From positions 67,582,001 through 67,646,000 of the forward strand of contig CM052817.1 in the NCBI GenBank assembly GCA_028534125.1: 64,000 nt of DNA, read 5' to 3'. The DNA comes from Lama glama. Lineage: Eukaryota. A program made the translations under genes and the position numbers. The notes under the pieces are model-generated. The model had not been told where the DNA came from, ran no database searches, and worked only from the letters and a program-made list of their open reading frames with translations. Below, piece by piece: positions 63,136 through 64,000 of this stretch. Every line of letters begins with the position of its first letter. Position 1 is the stretch's first letter.

Positions 63136-64000
63136 CTGTGTTTTATATCGTTCCTTCTAGCAAAATTATAAAGACTGTCAAGCATTCCCTGAGAGTCAGT
63201 GTGTCTCCTCCATTCCTGCCACTTCTTACTTTAATAAAACAAGCAGCCTTTTCCCACCATTGACTTTAAATCCCGGTTATTTTAATATGGTTGTTTGCTA
63301 GTACAATAATAATTACAACAACAACCCCCACATACGACTAATCAAGATGTGTTTTCATTTCTTACAAGAGAAATAGCTCTGGAATTGAGAACAACAGACT
63401 GGGAGGGCCCACGTATAACTGGAAAAGGAGATTTAGATGAAGATAAAGGTGACAATTTAAAAAATTATTAACACTAGGAAGGAAACATTTCTCAGGTCAT
63501 CCAAGAGTTAGCCTACTTAAAAGTGATAAGATAGATTTCTTAGTAAGTCAGACAAAAGAAACTCTGGATTTTGGACAGGAAGTGATGTACAGAGGTTTAG
63601 ATACCCACGGAAGTCAGTAAAGACTTGTAGCTGGATTCTGCATCTAACTTCTCCACCTATTGTTTCAGATTAATTTATAGCTAATATCATAAGGTCATTT
63701 TTGTCATACCCCAAAGTGTTATTTTTCAAATCTGAGTAATGTATTCTTCCCTTTTAAAAAGGGAAACAATAATCGTGGAGGCTCGTTTTTCATATTACTT
63801 AAATGTAAATTTTTTATGCTTGAAAAAAATAAAATTAATAACACAATAAATCTATGCAGTAGATACAGTCAAAGCTATGGATATAATCAAATTAAGTTAT
63901 AAAGTTAATTTAATATGATAAATGATGCCCCTTTAGTGAAACCAAAGGATTAGCATTATAAATGGTAGATGATATACCCTCAGATCTGGTTCACATGTTA

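Noticed and set aside
1..64000. Host gene orientation from L1 strand bias; prokaryote-type systems (CRISPR, operons)
   Set aside because: L1 copies occur on both strands, so no bias can be inferred. The DNA is mammalian, with no spaced repeat array or gene-dense segment.

Overview
AT-rich, CpG-poor mammalian genomic DNA that looks intergenic or deep intronic. I found no recognisable protein-coding gene, CpG island or intact RNA gene. Four tRNA-Ala-derived Vic-1-type SINEs and lineage-specific L1 3' ends point to a camelid (camel, alpaca or llama). Much of the window is transposable element sequence: old L1M/HAL1, L2, L3/CR1, L4 (RTE-X), MIR, ERVL and MaLR solo LTRs, a MER91 MITE and younger L1 3' fragments. 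A 500-N assembly gap (9792-10291) lies inside a young L1. The most unusual items are all products of L1 retrotransposition: a ~350-bp TSD-flanked element joining an L1 5' end directly to an L1 3' end (15286-15639), a tailless retrocopy of the 5' half of tRNA-Gly(TCC) (1671-1711), a short L1 with a probable 3' transduction (46732-47016) and an old twin-priming L1 inversion with a hairpin at its junction (28420-29400). A few plus-strand exon-like segments and TE-poor blocks may be lncRNA exons or enhancers, but the support is weak. I see no convincing novel gene system. Repeat family names are recalled from consensus sequences, not from a search, and old-repeat boundaries are approximate.
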